A DNA stretch of 64,000 nt from Acutalibacteraceae bacterium (GCA_045540355.1 JAZQHB010000008.1:31183-95182); one strand, 5' to 3'; numbered from the stretch's first letter, positions 1-9,754 are shown. Translations and numbers: made by a program. Notes: generated by a model from the sequence alone, not told the origin.

Positions 1-729
1 ACCTTTTGAAATCGGTTCCGGTGTGCCGTCCTCTGAAACAATCATAGTAAGGGCTGTATTGATTTCATCAGCAATCCTTTTCTGTACTTCTTTACTCTCT
101 CCTGCAATGTTCTGCATTGTGGTCCAAGGCACCAAACGCTTTTCAACAAGTTCCTGCAATTCGGGAATAAGGGAAAGTAACTTCAAATAACGATGCACAT
201 TCATTTTGGTATAACCAAAATCGTGTGCCAACTGTTCAACGACACTAAACTCTTTACTTTTCTTTGTATTCACACCGTCAATACCGTGTTCCATTTGGAT
301 AGTCTGTTTATGGTATTCCATAGCTCTCGCCCAGTCCATAGGTGACATATTACGGTTATTGATGTTTGAAAAAATCAATTTACGGCGTACTATTACTTCT
401 TCGTCGGGCATTTCCACCACTACGGCGGGTACTGTCTTCCAACCCAAAGAACGAACTGCTCTCGTTCTTCTGTGTCCGGCAGATAATTCATATCTTCCGT
501 CGGGTTTCTGATATACTTCTACTACACCGAAGAAACCTTCGTTTTTAATGGTTTCTGCTAATCGGTCAATATCTTCCATATTGAAGATTTCCGCATTATC
601 GGGATTTTCGTCAATCAAATTCAAGTCCAAGTCAATCGTAGGACGGGAATTAGCCTGTGTAACCGCTTTTTTCTGAATACTCTTTAACATATCCGCATTG
701 GGGGATTTGTTTGGATTAAATTTAGCCAT
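1..729 (-). CDS. parB: ParB/Spo0J-family partition protein (C-terminus cut by window edge)
   Basis: Own minus-strand translation from ATG 729: MAKFNPNKSPNADMLKSIQ...EGFFGVVEVYQKPDGRYELSAGHRRTRAVRSLGW (ParB-box GHRR). Start overlaps the parA stop. Absent from the ORF track because there is no stop in the window. Confidence 0.85.
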   Translation of the reverse strand, partial: MAKFNPNKSPNADMLKSIQKKAVTQANSRPTIDLDLNLIDENPDNAEIFNMEDIDRLAETIKNEGFFGVVEVYQKPDGRYELSAGHRRTRAVRSLGWKTVPAVVVEMPDEEVIVRRKLIFSNINNRNMSPMDWARAMEYHKQTIQMEHGIDGVNTKKSKEFSVVEQLAHDFGYTKMNVHRYLKLLSLIPELQELVEKRLVPWTTMQNIAGESKEVQKRIADEINTALTMIVSEDGTPEPISKG

Positions 730-1519
730 TCTTTCGCATCTCCTTCATCATAATTTTCTTTTCAATCTCTCTTGATAAATCTTCATACTGGGTAACAATC
801 GGATTATTTCCCGTATAATAGGGAAGCGGTGTACCAGTAAATCGTGCCTGCTCTACAACACTTCCTGCCTTAATACTGTGAGAAAACACCATATCTTCCA
901 TATTTTCTCTTGCAGATGCCAAAATCATTTTCTGCACGGCTCTCTGATGAATAACATTATTAAAGAGAATACCTAAAATTTCAAGGTGGGTGTTAAGTCC
1001 CTGCTCTCTAATCTGCGAAATATGGTCCATAAGGTAATTAAAACCTGCCAAACTGTCTGTATCAGCCATTGCAGGAACGATAACGAAGTCTGATGCAATC
1101 AAAGCCGATAACGCCACACCGTTTAAATGGGGCGGTAAGTCGAAAAAGCAATAATCAAACTCACTTTCCAACGGCTCTAATGCTTTTGAAACGGCTTTGT
1201 AATCGTCCAACTCCATAGTATCAATATCTAATGCAGAAGGAACAACATACAATTCTCTTTCATCAAGACCGCCGGGCGTATCTTTATATACTCTCTCGAT
1301 TACATCTCTTATAGGTACATTATCTTCGATCACATCTTTAAGACTATGCCCTTTTCGGTTCGGAGTGTATGTAAGCAGATATTCCGTTGCAGTTGTTTGG
1401 CTATCACAATCTACAATCAGTATTTTTCTATTTCGTTTTTCAAAAGTGGCTGATAAATTCACAACGGAAGTTGTTTTACCCGTACCACCCTTGCGGTTAA
1501 AAAAAGCTATCTTTTTCAT
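722..1519 (-). CDS. parA: ParA/Soj-type partition ATPase
   Basis: Deviant Walker A FFNRKGGTGKTT at the N-terminus; 265 aa; immediately upstream of parB. Confidence 0.93.
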   Translation of the reverse strand: MKKIAFFNRKGGTGKTTSVVNLSATFEKRNRKILIVDCDSQTTATEYLLTYTPNRKGHSLKDVIEDNVPIRDVIERVYKDTPGGLDERELYVVPSALDIDTMELDDYKAVSKALEPLESEFDYCFFDLPPHLNGVALSALIASDFVIVPAMADTDSLAGFNYLMDHISQIREQGLNTHLEILGILFNNVIHQRAVQKMILASARENMEDMVFSHSIKAGSVVEQARFTGTPLPYYTGNNPIVTQYEDLSREIEKKIMMKEMRKNG

Positions 1520-1759
1520 AAGTTACCTTTCTTAATTCAAAAACTTACTATTTGCTACGGTATTAGTATAATGTAAAAAACTTGAAAATGCAAATAATTA
1601 CAGAAATGTATGAATTTTTTATAAAATACTACTTATTTTGTAACTTTCAGTATTTGCGATACCATAAGCACTCTTTATTTTGCTAAAAATTTGCTTTTCT
1701 TTTGCGATAAATGTATAATATACATATATTTAATTTTAATTAAGGAGGCAAAAAAAGAA

Positions 1760-2725
1760 ATGAGCAAATTAAGATTTAAGGTAGGTATTGATGTAGGTAA
1801 CTACGACACAAAGACACAGCATACCAGCACACCCAGTTCCTATAAGAGTTACGAGAAGAGAAACTTGATGCTGGACGAATATGTGTATTACAACGGAATG
1901 TACTACTCTCCCACGAATGAAAGAAACAATCAGCAGGTAGATAAGACCAAGGATAATTACTGCTTGATTATTTCTCTTTTTGCAATCGCCAAGGAGATTT
2001 TATTCCAGTTAAGACAGAAATACCCTCACGCAACCGACGCAGAGTTGCAGAACTACATCGAACAGATTGAAGAATTAAGCATTGGTGTTGGTCTTCCCGC
2101 CGGATATTTTTCACAGTTAGCAGAAAGCACAAGAAATCTGTATCTGAAAGAATGGGAAAACGGATTTGAATTTGAATACTGCGGATTTACATTCAGTCAC
2201 AGATTAGTGACTTGTGCCGTATTACCGCAGGATTTTACCGCAGTAGCTTGGAATGATAATGTTTCAATCATTAAGGATTTCTCAAAATACATTATTATCG
2301 GTATCGGTGGCGGTACAGCTGATGCTATCCCCGTGGAGAACGGAACTCCGCAGGTAAATAACTGCATCAGCATCGCAAAGGGAACAACCGTTATGTTTTC
2401 AGAGATTATTAAGACAATCCAGCACGAAACAGCAAAAACAATGGAATATTCTACCGTAGAAGCAGTTTTATTAGGAAAACCCACCATTGTCGATGATGCA
2501 AGAAAGGCTCGTATCAAGAAACTGGCAGAAGAATTTGCCGATAAGCTGGTAGACGATTTTATGCACAACGGATTAAACTTCTCCGACAATCCCGTTGTAT
2601 TCATCGGTGGCGGTGCATTACTTATGAGAAAGGCATTGGAAAAGAACCCGAACTTTGTAAAGGTTGAATTTGTGGAAGATGTCAACGCAAACGCGAAGTA
2701 TTTTGCCGTTTTCTGCTCACAGTAA
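1760..2725 (+). CDS. parM: ParM/StbA actin-like plasmid segregation ATPase
   Basis: Actin-fold motifs GIDVGNYDTK, IGIGGGTAD and VFIGGGALL. Start moved to ATG 1760, which lies behind AAGGAGG. Confidence 0.85.
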   Translation: MSKLRFKVGIDVGNYDTKTQHTSTPSSYKSYEKRNLMLDEYVYYNGMYYSPTNERNNQQVDKTKDNYCLIISLFAIAKEILFQLRQKYPHATDAELQNYIEQIEELSIGVGLPAGYFSQLAESTRNLYLKEWENGFEFEYCGFTFSHRLVTCAVLPQDFTAVAWNDNVSIIKDFSKYIIIGIGGGTADAIPVENGTPQVNNCISIAKGTTVMFSEIIKTIQHETAKTMEYSTVEAVLLGKPTIVDDARKARIKKLAEEFADKLVDDFMHNGLNFSDNPVVFIGGGALLMRKALEKNPNFVKVEFVEDVNANAKYFAVFCSQ

Positions 2726-2740
2726 GGCAGGTGGTAATCT

Positions 2741-3235
2741 ATGAGTGAAAAGGTAAGAATACAATTAGGCTACGATCCCACGGACGAAACAACGCAAAGG
2801 GCGGTTATTATGCTTGAAAGTGCTATGCGAAGTAAATCACAGCTGGTAGCCCTTGCCTTATGCGAATTTGCTGATAAATACGGTTTTCGGATTGATAATA
2901 CAGAAGAAATCAAGACCGTTATTAAAAATTATGACTATTTAAGCAGGGCAATGGATATGGCGGTGCCGACAGAAAGAGTTTTGGCACCCTCTACTCCTAC
3001 TCCGACTTATCAGAGGACAGAAAAACCGAAGAAACCGGAAAGACAGACTGAAAAAGCAAAAAGTAACAAAATGTTACTTTATGAAGAACCGTCTGCAAAG
3101 GAAGAGGTTGCAGAGGAAATTCCCGCATCTGACACTCCCAAAGCTGTTGATTTAGGTTTGGAAGAAGACATTGTGGTATCAGAAAAGGCAATGATGTCAA
3201 TGAATAATGTACTTGCAATGTTCTCGCAAGGGTAA
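2741..3235 (+). CDS. Putative ParR-like adaptor (ribbon-helix-helix-like N-terminus, low-complexity tail)
   Basis: Lies directly downstream of parM, as in type II par loci. The N-terminus VRIQLGYDP...AVIMLESAM is compatible with an RHH fold. No sequence motif proves this. Confidence 0.4.
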   Translation: MSEKVRIQLGYDPTDETTQRAVIMLESAMRSKSQLVALALCEFADKYGFRIDNTEEIKTVIKNYDYLSRAMDMAVPTERVLAPSTPTPTYQRTEKPKKPERQTEKAKSNKMLLYEEPSAKEEVAEEIPASDTPKAVDLGLEEDIVVSEKAMMSMNNVLAMFSQG

Positions 3236-3267
3236 AAAATTACGATTTTTAATATTTACAACTTTTA

Positions 3268-3311
3268 AAAAGTATACTATACTGTTATTCATAAAGGTAT
3301 AGTATACTTTT
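3268..3311. promoter_or_regulatory. Perfect 15-bp inverted repeat (AAAAGTATACTATAC-N14-GTATAGTATACTTTT) followed by a T-run
   Basis: Read directly from the sequence. It lies between the par locus and the first T4SS-operon gene and contains TATACT -10-like boxes, so it could be a terminator for parM/R, an operator, or both. Confidence 0.55.
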
Positions 3312-3355
3312 ATTTTAGTTCAGCCTAAAATATTTACCTTGAAAGGAGTAAAATT

Positions 3356-3850
3356 ATGAAAAACTTACAACTGAATAAGAAAAGACAGTATTTTGCGATG
3401 TTCGCACTTATGCTTATGTTTGCAATGACTATCACAAGCGTTCTCCCGGCGACAATTACGCCTGCTTATGCAACAGACGGAACAGTTCAAACGCAGGAGG
3501 GAAAAAATGATGATATTCCCGATACAAGCGGGACGGCAGGAAACAACGCAGGAAACAACGCAGGAATAAACAGCGGTGTCACAGGTGGCGATTATTCAAT
3601 GGACGCATTAGCAGGGAAAGCAGAAACCACACTTGACGGTTGGAAAGGTAGCATAGTTCGTATCTGTTTTGCTGTTTTTCCGATAGCCTTAATTATATGT
3701 TTAGCAGTTCTCTTCTTCACTCACGACGAAAGAAAGATTGCAACAACCGTAAAAATCTGCATTACCATTTGTATTGTAGCATTGATTATTCTTCTCGTAG
3801 AAAGAGATGTTGTTGAAAATATTATCAGAAATTTAGCAAACGAAATATAA
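3356..3850 (+). CDS. Exported membrane protein with signal peptide and two C-terminal TM helices (VirB2/TrbC-like topology only)
   Basis: SD GAAAGGAG. Signal-like N-terminus, (AGNN)n low-complexity stretch, then two hydrophobic helices. First gene of the T4SS cluster. Confidence 0.55.
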   Translation: MKNLQLNKKRQYFAMFALMLMFAMTITSVLPATITPAYATDGTVQTQEGKNDDIPDTSGTAGNNAGNNAGINSGVTGGDYSMDALAGKAETTLDGWKGSIVRICFAVFPIALIICLAVLFFTHDERKIATTVKICITICIVALIILLVERDVVENIIRNLANEI

Positions 3851-3860
3851 AAGAAAACAA

Positions 3861-3883
3861 CAGCCCCGAACACTTCGGGGCTG
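3861..3883 (+). terminator. GC-rich hairpin (CAGCCCCGAA..TTCGGGGCTG) with a weak U-tract; possible attenuator
   Basis: Seen in sequence between 3356..3850 and the VirB6-like gene. Confidence 0.4.
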
Positions 3884-3907
3884 TCTTGCTAATAGGGGGC
3901 AATTTAT

Positions 3908-6103
3908 ATGAACTCAACTTACGAACCTATATTAAATAAAAAGCAAACCCGCATACTGACTTTTTTAGTATGTGTTATATTGCTCGCTGTCACTATCCTG
4001 CCTTCGTATGCGGTTGATTTCGGAAACATTGGCGATATGATTACAGAAGAGGCAGAAGGAATATTTGAATATGCGGTAGACGGGTTAGAAAATGTTAAAG
4101 GATATGTTACCGATGCAATACTGGTCGGTGCATTGGAAACACTGATAATGGGTATTGATTTTGCAGGAGAACTTTTTGTGAAATTACTCACTACTTCTTT
4201 TTCTCCCTCTCTTAATCCTTTACTGAATATTGAAAAAGGATTATCTTTTTCTACGCCTATTGCAGACGACGCATATTATGAAGGTGCAACCATAGATAAT
4301 TCATTTACAATTATGGCTATTTGGGAATTTGCTTTTATGTTCGGAATTATTACTTGCACACTCCTTATGTTCTTCTATCTCTTTATGTGTTTGGTAGGTC
4401 AGCAGGAACAAATCAGAGATACGCCGTTTATGTTACTGGTAAAATATGCGGTATCTCTTGCTCTGATTTATTTTTCAAAGTATTTTATTACGGGATTTAT
4501 TGACTTTTTTTATGATATGTGGACTACTCTCGTCTTTACAAAAGACATATCAACGCCCGAAACATATACGGCGTTTTTACCGATATGGTGGGAAAATGGT
4601 GATTTCCGAAACGGAGATTTAGTTGCTTTTGGAGTAAAAATAGTAACAGAAAAAGCCGGGACGGCAGGGGTTGTAGGTTCCATTTTAGCGATGCCTTTTA
4701 CTGGCGGTGCAAGTGGAAGTGTTGCGATTGGAATTATTTTAGTTATTATAATTTTCGCACTTTATTTCGGCTGGAAAATCATCAAGGAATTTATGAAGCT
4801 GTTTCTTGAAGTTGTTGAAAGATATTTTGTAGTGTTTATTCTTTTAGCGTTTTTCCCTGCCGTAGCATCTACTTTTGTATCAAACAATTCAAAGAAAATC
4901 TTTTATGCCTATATAAAAATGTTGTATTCGCAGGGTTTCTTGTTGCTCGTCAATACAATTTTTATGGTTATTTTCTTCAAAATCCTTTTAGTAGGTGGTT
5001 GGAGTGCCGGACTGATCAATTACATCGGTGCTTTGGCTTTCCTTCGCATCTGCCAAAGAATAGATGCTTATATGGCACAGTTAGGTATCAACATCGTACA
5101 GACTGGTGGCGGTCTTATGAGTGCTTGCGGAAGCGTATTCGGTGGTGCATTGGCTGGAATGAGTGCTTTGCGTGGTGCTGACAGAACAAGAAAAAATGTT
5201 GGCACAGCACTTATGAATAAGGGCATATCCACGGGCAGTTATAAAGATTACAATACAGGTCTTAATTTGAAAAAAACTGGTAGTGATATGGTAATAGGTT
5301 TAGGTAGTAACTCCTCCGCATCACAACAGTTACAAAATGTAAGCAATTTTGAACAAATGGTTTTGGCAAATGGAGGTTTCAAGCAAGGACAAGTAATGCA
5401 ATTTTCTCCTAATCGTAGTCTTAACGATAATTTAAGAGATCATCATTTACCTAGCACTTACGGAGATAAGTTACAGAAAGAATTAGGTAATGCTAAAATA
5501 ACCGGAATGACTGTCGAAAAAGACGGTGGAGGTATAATGTCCGTAAATTATACAGATGCCGACGGAAAAGAAGGAAAAGCAGTTATTTATAACGGAGAAG
5601 TTATTGCCAACAAAAATGAGGTTAATGAGCAAAGCGTGGCACAATCCTACAACAACGATATTCATAACCAAAATACCGCTTTATCAGAAAAAATATCAAA
5701 AGCCGGTATGGATAATGCAAAAAAAAGCGAAAACAGTTCAGCTACAAATTTCATAGCAGACCATTCTGTAAGCGACGGTCAAGTAGAAAAAGTAAATATA
5801 AGCGGACGCGATGCTTTTTATGTTCAAGGTATGGGTATAGAAATGAGCAGTCAAGAAGGGAATATCCATTCATACGGCACTGTATATTATCCCACCACTG
5901 AAAATCCCGAATTGCTTAACAATGTAGGAAAGGACAAAAACTGGGGATTAAGCGACGACAAACAATATATTTTTGAAGTTCGAGGTAAAGAATACACAAA
6001 TAATAGTTTTGAAAACGAGGTTACACATCAAAAAGATAGTAACAAGTATGAAAGTCAACCTAGAAGTGGGAAAAATAAACCTAGACATAACGGCAGGAAA
6101 TAG
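3908..6103 (+). CDS. VirB6/TrbL/TcpH-like polytopic T4SS membrane protein
   Basis: 731 aa with many hydrophobic helices across roughly aa 20-420, then a long soluble C-terminal part. Position is upstream of the hydrolase gene in the T4SS gene cluster; virB4 lies about 13 kb further on. Confidence 0.6.
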   Translation: MNSTYEPILNKKQTRILTFLVCVILLAVTILPSYAVDFGNIGDMITEEAEGIFEYAVDGLENVKGYVTDAILVGALETLIMGIDFAGELFVKLLTTSFSPSLNPLLNIEKGLSFSTPIADDAYYEGATIDNSFTIMAIWEFAFMFGIITCTLLMFFYLFMCLVGQQEQIRDTPFMLLVKYAVSLALIYFSKYFITGFIDFFYDMWTTLVFTKDISTPETYTAFLPIWWENGDFRNGDLVAFGVKIVTEKAGTAGVVGSILAMPFTGGASGSVAIGIILVIIIFALYFGWKIIKEFMKLFLEVVERYFVVFILLAFFPAVASTFVSNNSKKIFYAYIKMLYSQGFLLLVNTIFMVIFFKILLVGGWSAGLINYIGALAFLRICQRIDAYMAQLGINIVQTGGGLMSACGSVFGGALAGMSALRGADRTRKNVGTALMNKGISTGSYKDYNTGLNLKKTGSDMVIGLGSNSSASQQLQNVSNFEQMVLANGGFKQGQVMQFSPNRSLNDNLRDHHLPSTYGDKLQKELGNAKITGMTVEKDGGGIMSVNYTDADGKEGKAVIYNGEVIANKNEVNEQSVAQSYNNDIHNQNTALSEKISKAGMDNAKKSENSSATNFIADHSVSDGQVEKVNISGRDAFYVQGMGIEMSSQEGNIHSYGTVYYPTTENPELLNNVGKDKNWGLSDDKQYIFEVRGKEYTNNSFENEVTHQKDSNKYESQPRSGKNKPRHNGRK

Positions 6104-6126
6104 AACAAAAAGGCAGGTGATATACT

Positions 6127-8544
6127 ATGAGCAATGGCTATGACGATGATAGCAATAAACAGCAAAGCATAACAAAAGATGCAAGCGATGTTTACGAAAA
6201 CACCAAAAATGCTTACGACACAGCCAACAAAATAAAAGACAAAATCGAAAATTATAGAAATAATCACCCTAAAAATAACGATACCAGTCCACAAGGAAAA
6301 GACATCTCACAGTCACAAGGGCAAAACACCGCCCCGAAAGGTAATGAGATAGGAAAACCACCCACAAATCAGCCTGCTACTGCCCCACAAGGTACTCCCG
6401 TAAATGCAGGACCAACGGGAAATGCCATAGGTTCGGGTGCAAGCGGTACTGTCGCAAGTGGAACTGGTGGCACTGTCGCAAGTGGGGCAACTGGTGCTAC
6501 TGCAACTGGTGCTACTGCAACCGGGGCTACCGCAACCGGGGCTACTGCAACTGGCGTAGGGGCTACCGCAGGAACTGCCGTTGTTGCAGGTGCCCCGACA
6601 GCGGGCGTAGGTACGATTGTTGTACTTGCAATCGCAGGAACCGTAGCAGTTGCTACCGCAGGATTAGCCGTTGCAAAAAAAATGATGAACGAAGCTGATG
6701 AAATGGTAGATAGAAAACCGGGCAAAGGAATAGGCGGTTTTGGCGGTCTACTAATAGTCTTTGTCGGCGTAATTTTATTTACTGCTCTCACACTATTCAC
6801 TCCGGCTATCGGTTTTGCCGGATTGGTTCACGATGTAAAAGACGGCGTAGAAACATTTTTCGTAGGATATACGGAAAAGGCAGAGTTCTTCTGCGAATTA
6901 TTCGATGAAGAAGAATACGATATTGAATTACACCGAGAAGTAAACAGTCAAATCGGTGTAGATGCTCAAAATGTGGAAGTTTATAAGGCTATCATTGATA
7001 AAGCAATCAACAAATCTTTTTCATACTATATGTGGAATGTGCTACTGGAACCCGAAAAGGTTATTTTAACCATATTCGACAAAATCGGTATTTCTCGTTA
7101 CAGTAGCGAAGCAACCATAGCCTACTACTTAAATCAGCCTTATCCGTATTCTTTGATTAAAAGTGACGGCACTTATTATACAATCGGCGATTATCTGACA
7201 GATGCTATTCCCGAAGAAGACTTAAATAATGACTTAAATTATGCGGAAATTCTCGCGGTATACTGCCAAAATGAAGAAAACATTTACACTTCTATCTCCT
7301 ACAACGATTTCTACAATTTCATCGTGCAGGAGTATAACAGTAATTTCCTTTATGAATTGGAATTAAGCGATACTCCGCAATGGTATTACATAGATGCAGA
7401 AGGCGTTATGGTACTTTGCGATGATGAAGAAGAGGCAAAAGCTGGTGCAGAAGAAGCCGAAGCGGAACGGGAAGAAGCCGAAGAAGCCGAAGAAGAGGAA
7501 GAAGATGATGATGAAGACAGTGATGAAGACAGTGATGATGAAGAGGAAGAAGAAAGCGAAATTGACAGCTGGGGATATTTTTTTGAAGTTACCGTAATGC
7601 CTTACGGATTGAATGAGTTATACCATATTGCAGATGTAGATATGGACGCAATTAACTACGCTACTCTCTCCATTACGAACAGAGATATGCTCGATGAAAA
7701 CGAAAAATGGTTAAGGGCATATTTGGGCGGTCAAGTGGATTTAGGTCCGTCGTATGCAGACGAAAGAACCTACCGAAGTGTATGTTACAACTGCTATACC
7801 AACCAAGGCGAAAAAGCAACCGGACGAAGCCTTAACTCTTACCTCGACAACTCCGTAACAAATAATTTTATTGCTGGTCTTCTGCCCGAATACAGCGGGG
7901 GAAGCTACGACGATTACGATAAAATAGAGATTGATTTCGATGTCAACGAAGCGTATATTATAAATATGCCTTGCTATATCAATCAAGGCTCTTACAAACA
8001 ACCAAGAGGCGACGGCTCTTATACTATTGCAAAGAAAGGTTGTATAGATTGCTGTTATGCTATGTGTGCAATGTATTACAACGGATATAGCGATGCAAGT
8101 ATTTATATGCCACAAATATCAAAATCTACTTCCACTGGCGGTTATGTTTCGGGACAAACTTTTCAAAGTAATATTTTCCCCGGAGATAACAATATGAATG
8201 TTTCCCGCATTGACAAAGGAAAGCTAGATAATAATGATGTATCTGTTATATTAAACAATATTAGTAATGGTTATCCTGTAATTATAGAAATTGTTGGCTA
8301 CTGGGAAGACGATAGTGGCGTTGTTCTTCACAAATCGTCTAACACTCATTTTATCGTGTTAATAGGATATACTTCCGATAAGTTCATTGTTTTCGATCCG
8401 GGAAGCACTACAACAACACAATACGGAATACCTTATGATGCGTTAGATAATGTTAGGTGGGGTTCCTATCGTACTACTACTCCTACCGACAGCAACTTTG
8501 TTCCCTCTTGGGCGAACCACCCGGACAATCCATTTGGAAAATAG
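6127..8544 (+). CDS. T4SS-associated cell-wall hydrolase candidate with C-terminal papain-fold (C39-like/CHAP-like) cysteine peptidase domain
   Basis: C-terminal Cys...His...Asp pattern (KKGCIDCCYAMCAMYY ... THFIVLIGY ... VFDPG). N-terminal (GATAT)n low complexity, one TM helix and an E/D-rich run. Confidence 0.6.
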   Translation: MSNGYDDDSNKQQSITKDASDVYENTKNAYDTANKIKDKIENYRNNHPKNNDTSPQGKDISQSQGQNTAPKGNEIGKPPTNQPATAPQGTPVNAGPTGNAIGSGASGTVASGTGGTVASGATGATATGATATGATATGATATGVGATAGTAVVAGAPTAGVGTIVVLAIAGTVAVATAGLAVAKKMMNEADEMVDRKPGKGIGGFGGLLIVFVGVILFTALTLFTPAIGFAGLVHDVKDGVETFFVGYTEKAEFFCELFDEEEYDIELHREVNSQIGVDAQNVEVYKAIIDKAINKSFSYYMWNVLLEPEKVILTIFDKIGISRYSSEATIAYYLNQPYPYSLIKSDGTYYTIGDYLTDAIPEEDLNNDLNYAEILAVYCQNEENIYTSISYNDFYNFIVQEYNSNFLYELELSDTPQWYYIDAEGVMVLCDDEEEAKAGAEEAEAEREEAEEAEEEEEDDDEDSDEDSDDEEEEESEIDSWGYFFEVTVMPYGLNELYHIADVDMDAINYATLSITNRDMLDENEKWLRAYLGGQVDLGPSYADERTYRSVCYNCYTNQGEKATGRSLNSYLDNSVTNNFIAGLLPEYSGGSYDDYDKIEIDFDVNEAYIINMPCYINQGSYKQPRGDGSYTIAKKGCIDCCYAMCAMYYNGYSDASIYMPQISKSTSTGGYVSGQTFQSNIFPGDNNMNVSRIDKGKLDNNDVSVILNNISNGYPVIIEIVGYWEDDSGVVLHKSSNTHFIVLIGYTSDKFIVFDPGSTTTTQYGIPYDALDNVRWGSYRTTTPTDSNFVPSWANHPDNPFGK
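6484..6558 (+). repeat. About 5 copies of a 15-bp in-frame tandem repeat (ACTGCAACTGGTGCT-like) encoding (GATAT)n
   Basis: Read directly from the sequence inside CDS 6127..8544. Confidence 0.8.
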
Positions 8545-8592
8545 AAAGGAAAATAACGATGTCAAAATAGAAAGGAAAATAACGATGTCAAA
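8541..8592 (+). repeat. Perfect 26-bp tandem duplication (ATAGAAAGGAAAATAACGATGTCAAA x2) covering SD plus start codon
   Basis: Units 8541-8566 and 8567-8592 are identical. Copy 1 gives ATG TCA AAA TAG (MSK-stop). Copy 2 starts the real ORF. Confidence 0.95.
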
Positions 8593-9289
8593 AAAGAAAC
8601 TTATATTATTTATCTGCGTTGCAGTAACAATTCTTGCGATTGTAGTTACTGCTGGGCTAATGATAATATCTCCTGCCCTTTTTTCTTCTGCCAAAGAGGA
8701 TACAACAAATAATGATAAACCGCAAATTGCAGAAAATATAGAGGGATTGGAACTGATTGGCAGTGAAGAAGAACAAAAAGATACGGAAATCATATTAGAA
8801 ACTTCTGAAAATGAAGGTAATTCCGAATATAACATACCGCCCACAAGCACCGATTACAATGTATGGGACGAATTAGGATTGCCCGATCCGACAGCGGGTA
8901 TGGAAAATATAGACGAAAGCGATGTTGGTAATTTTGAGGGACCTATTGAAGTTGAAGAAAACGAAGAATTAACCGAAAGCATCTTCTACTTGGATAATCC
9001 CGCATATTTAAGCGGAGAAACCAACCTTGGAACCAACGGCTTTTACAACCTATATGAATGTATCGAAGACTACTTCGATTACTACTTTCCTAACGAACCG
9101 AAGGAATATGAAGGTGCAGTAATCGAAGGTTCTTATGAAGATAAGGGAGATTATAGGTCTTTTCGCTTGGAAGTTTATAAAGAAGACGGCACTACTTGGC
9201 TGATAGAGTGCGATTATGTCGTATCAATGAATTATTATGAGTTCTTCTGCGATGATATTAACCCTCGTCCGAAGACTGGGGAAGATTAA
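8585..9289 (+). CDS. N-terminally membrane-anchored acidic protein (T4SS cluster)
   Basis: Start moved to ATG 8585 (MSKKKLILFICVAVTILAIVV...) behind GAAAGGAAAA. One TM helix, then an acidic extracytoplasmic part. Confidence 0.7.
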   Translation: MSKKKLILFICVAVTILAIVVTAGLMIISPALFSSAKEDTTNNDKPQIAENIEGLELIGSEEEQKDTEIILETSENEGNSEYNIPPTSTDYNVWDELGLPDPTAGMENIDESDVGNFEGPIEVEENEELTESIFYLDNPAYLSGETNLGTNGFYNLYECIEDYFDYYFPNEPKEYEGAVIEGSYEDKGDYRSFRLEVYKEDGTTWLIECDYVVSMNYYEFFCDDINPRPKTGED

Positions 9290-9297
9290 AAGAATTA

Positions 9298-9329
9298 AAG
9301 CAACCTACGGAGTGTGGGTTGCTTTTTTA
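9298..9329 (+). terminator. Intrinsic terminator (AAAGCAACC..GGTTGCTTTTTT)
   Basis: Hairpin plus T-run directly after the stop at 9289. Confidence 0.75.
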
Positions 9330-9355
9330 TTGCGATATTTTTCTCTGTATCAAAC

Positions 9356-9482
9356 TTGCAATTTCTAAAAAGATGCGTTATAATACAAACATAAAAGGTG
9401 CTACCCGTTCAGTAACGGTTCGCCTAAATTGTTATTTACTAAAAAAGCAACCGACAACTTTGCGAGAGGCGGTTGTTTTTTT
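9356..9482 (+). ncRNA. Promoter (TTGCAA-N17-TATAAT) plus about 90-nt terminated transcript; sRNA candidate
   Basis: -35 at 9356-9361, -10 at 9379-9384. Internal hairpin CCGTT..AACGG. Terminator GCAACCGACAAC..GGCGGTTGTTTTTTT. No SD-preceded ORF. Confidence 0.4.
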
Positions 9483-9638
9483 AGTGGTTATGTATCTTTT
9501 CGGCTTTGCAAGATACTGATAATCGTAACAACGGTACCGACGATTGTTACTGCGGTACTGAATATTGTCACTACAATACTCACTACACCGATTATTGTTT
9601 CTAACACTAAAATCTGACCTTTCAACTATACTCTTCAT
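9432..9638 (-). CDS. Small basic Cys/Tyr-rich ORF (68 aa), doubtful
   Basis: Strong SD AGGGGGAG 6 nt before ATG 9638. However, the 3' end reads through the bidirectional terminator at 9446-9482. Confidence 0.3.
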   Translation of the reverse strand: MKSIVERSDFSVRNNNRCSEYCSDNIQYRSNNRRYRCYDYQYLAKPKRYITTKKTTASRKVVGCFFSK

Positions 9639-9754
9639 ACCAACTCCCCCTTTCAAAAAAAATGGAAGTCCGATAAAAAGGCTAAAAGGCGAACCGCCAC
9701 CGTTTAGGTAGCACCCTGTAATTATTTTAGCATAAAAATACTGCAAATGCAAAA

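Noticed and set aside
1520-1759. parC or parS centromere repeats in the parA/parM divergent region
   Set aside because: Only weak recurrences are present (TTTGCGATA twice, TATTTGC three times). This is not enough to call a repeat array by eye.
9429-9617. Hydrophobic 62-aa plus-strand ORF as a type I toxin
   Set aside because: It has a TTG start with no SD and begins inside the sRNA terminator. It is retained only as a possibility within the 9.4-kb finding.
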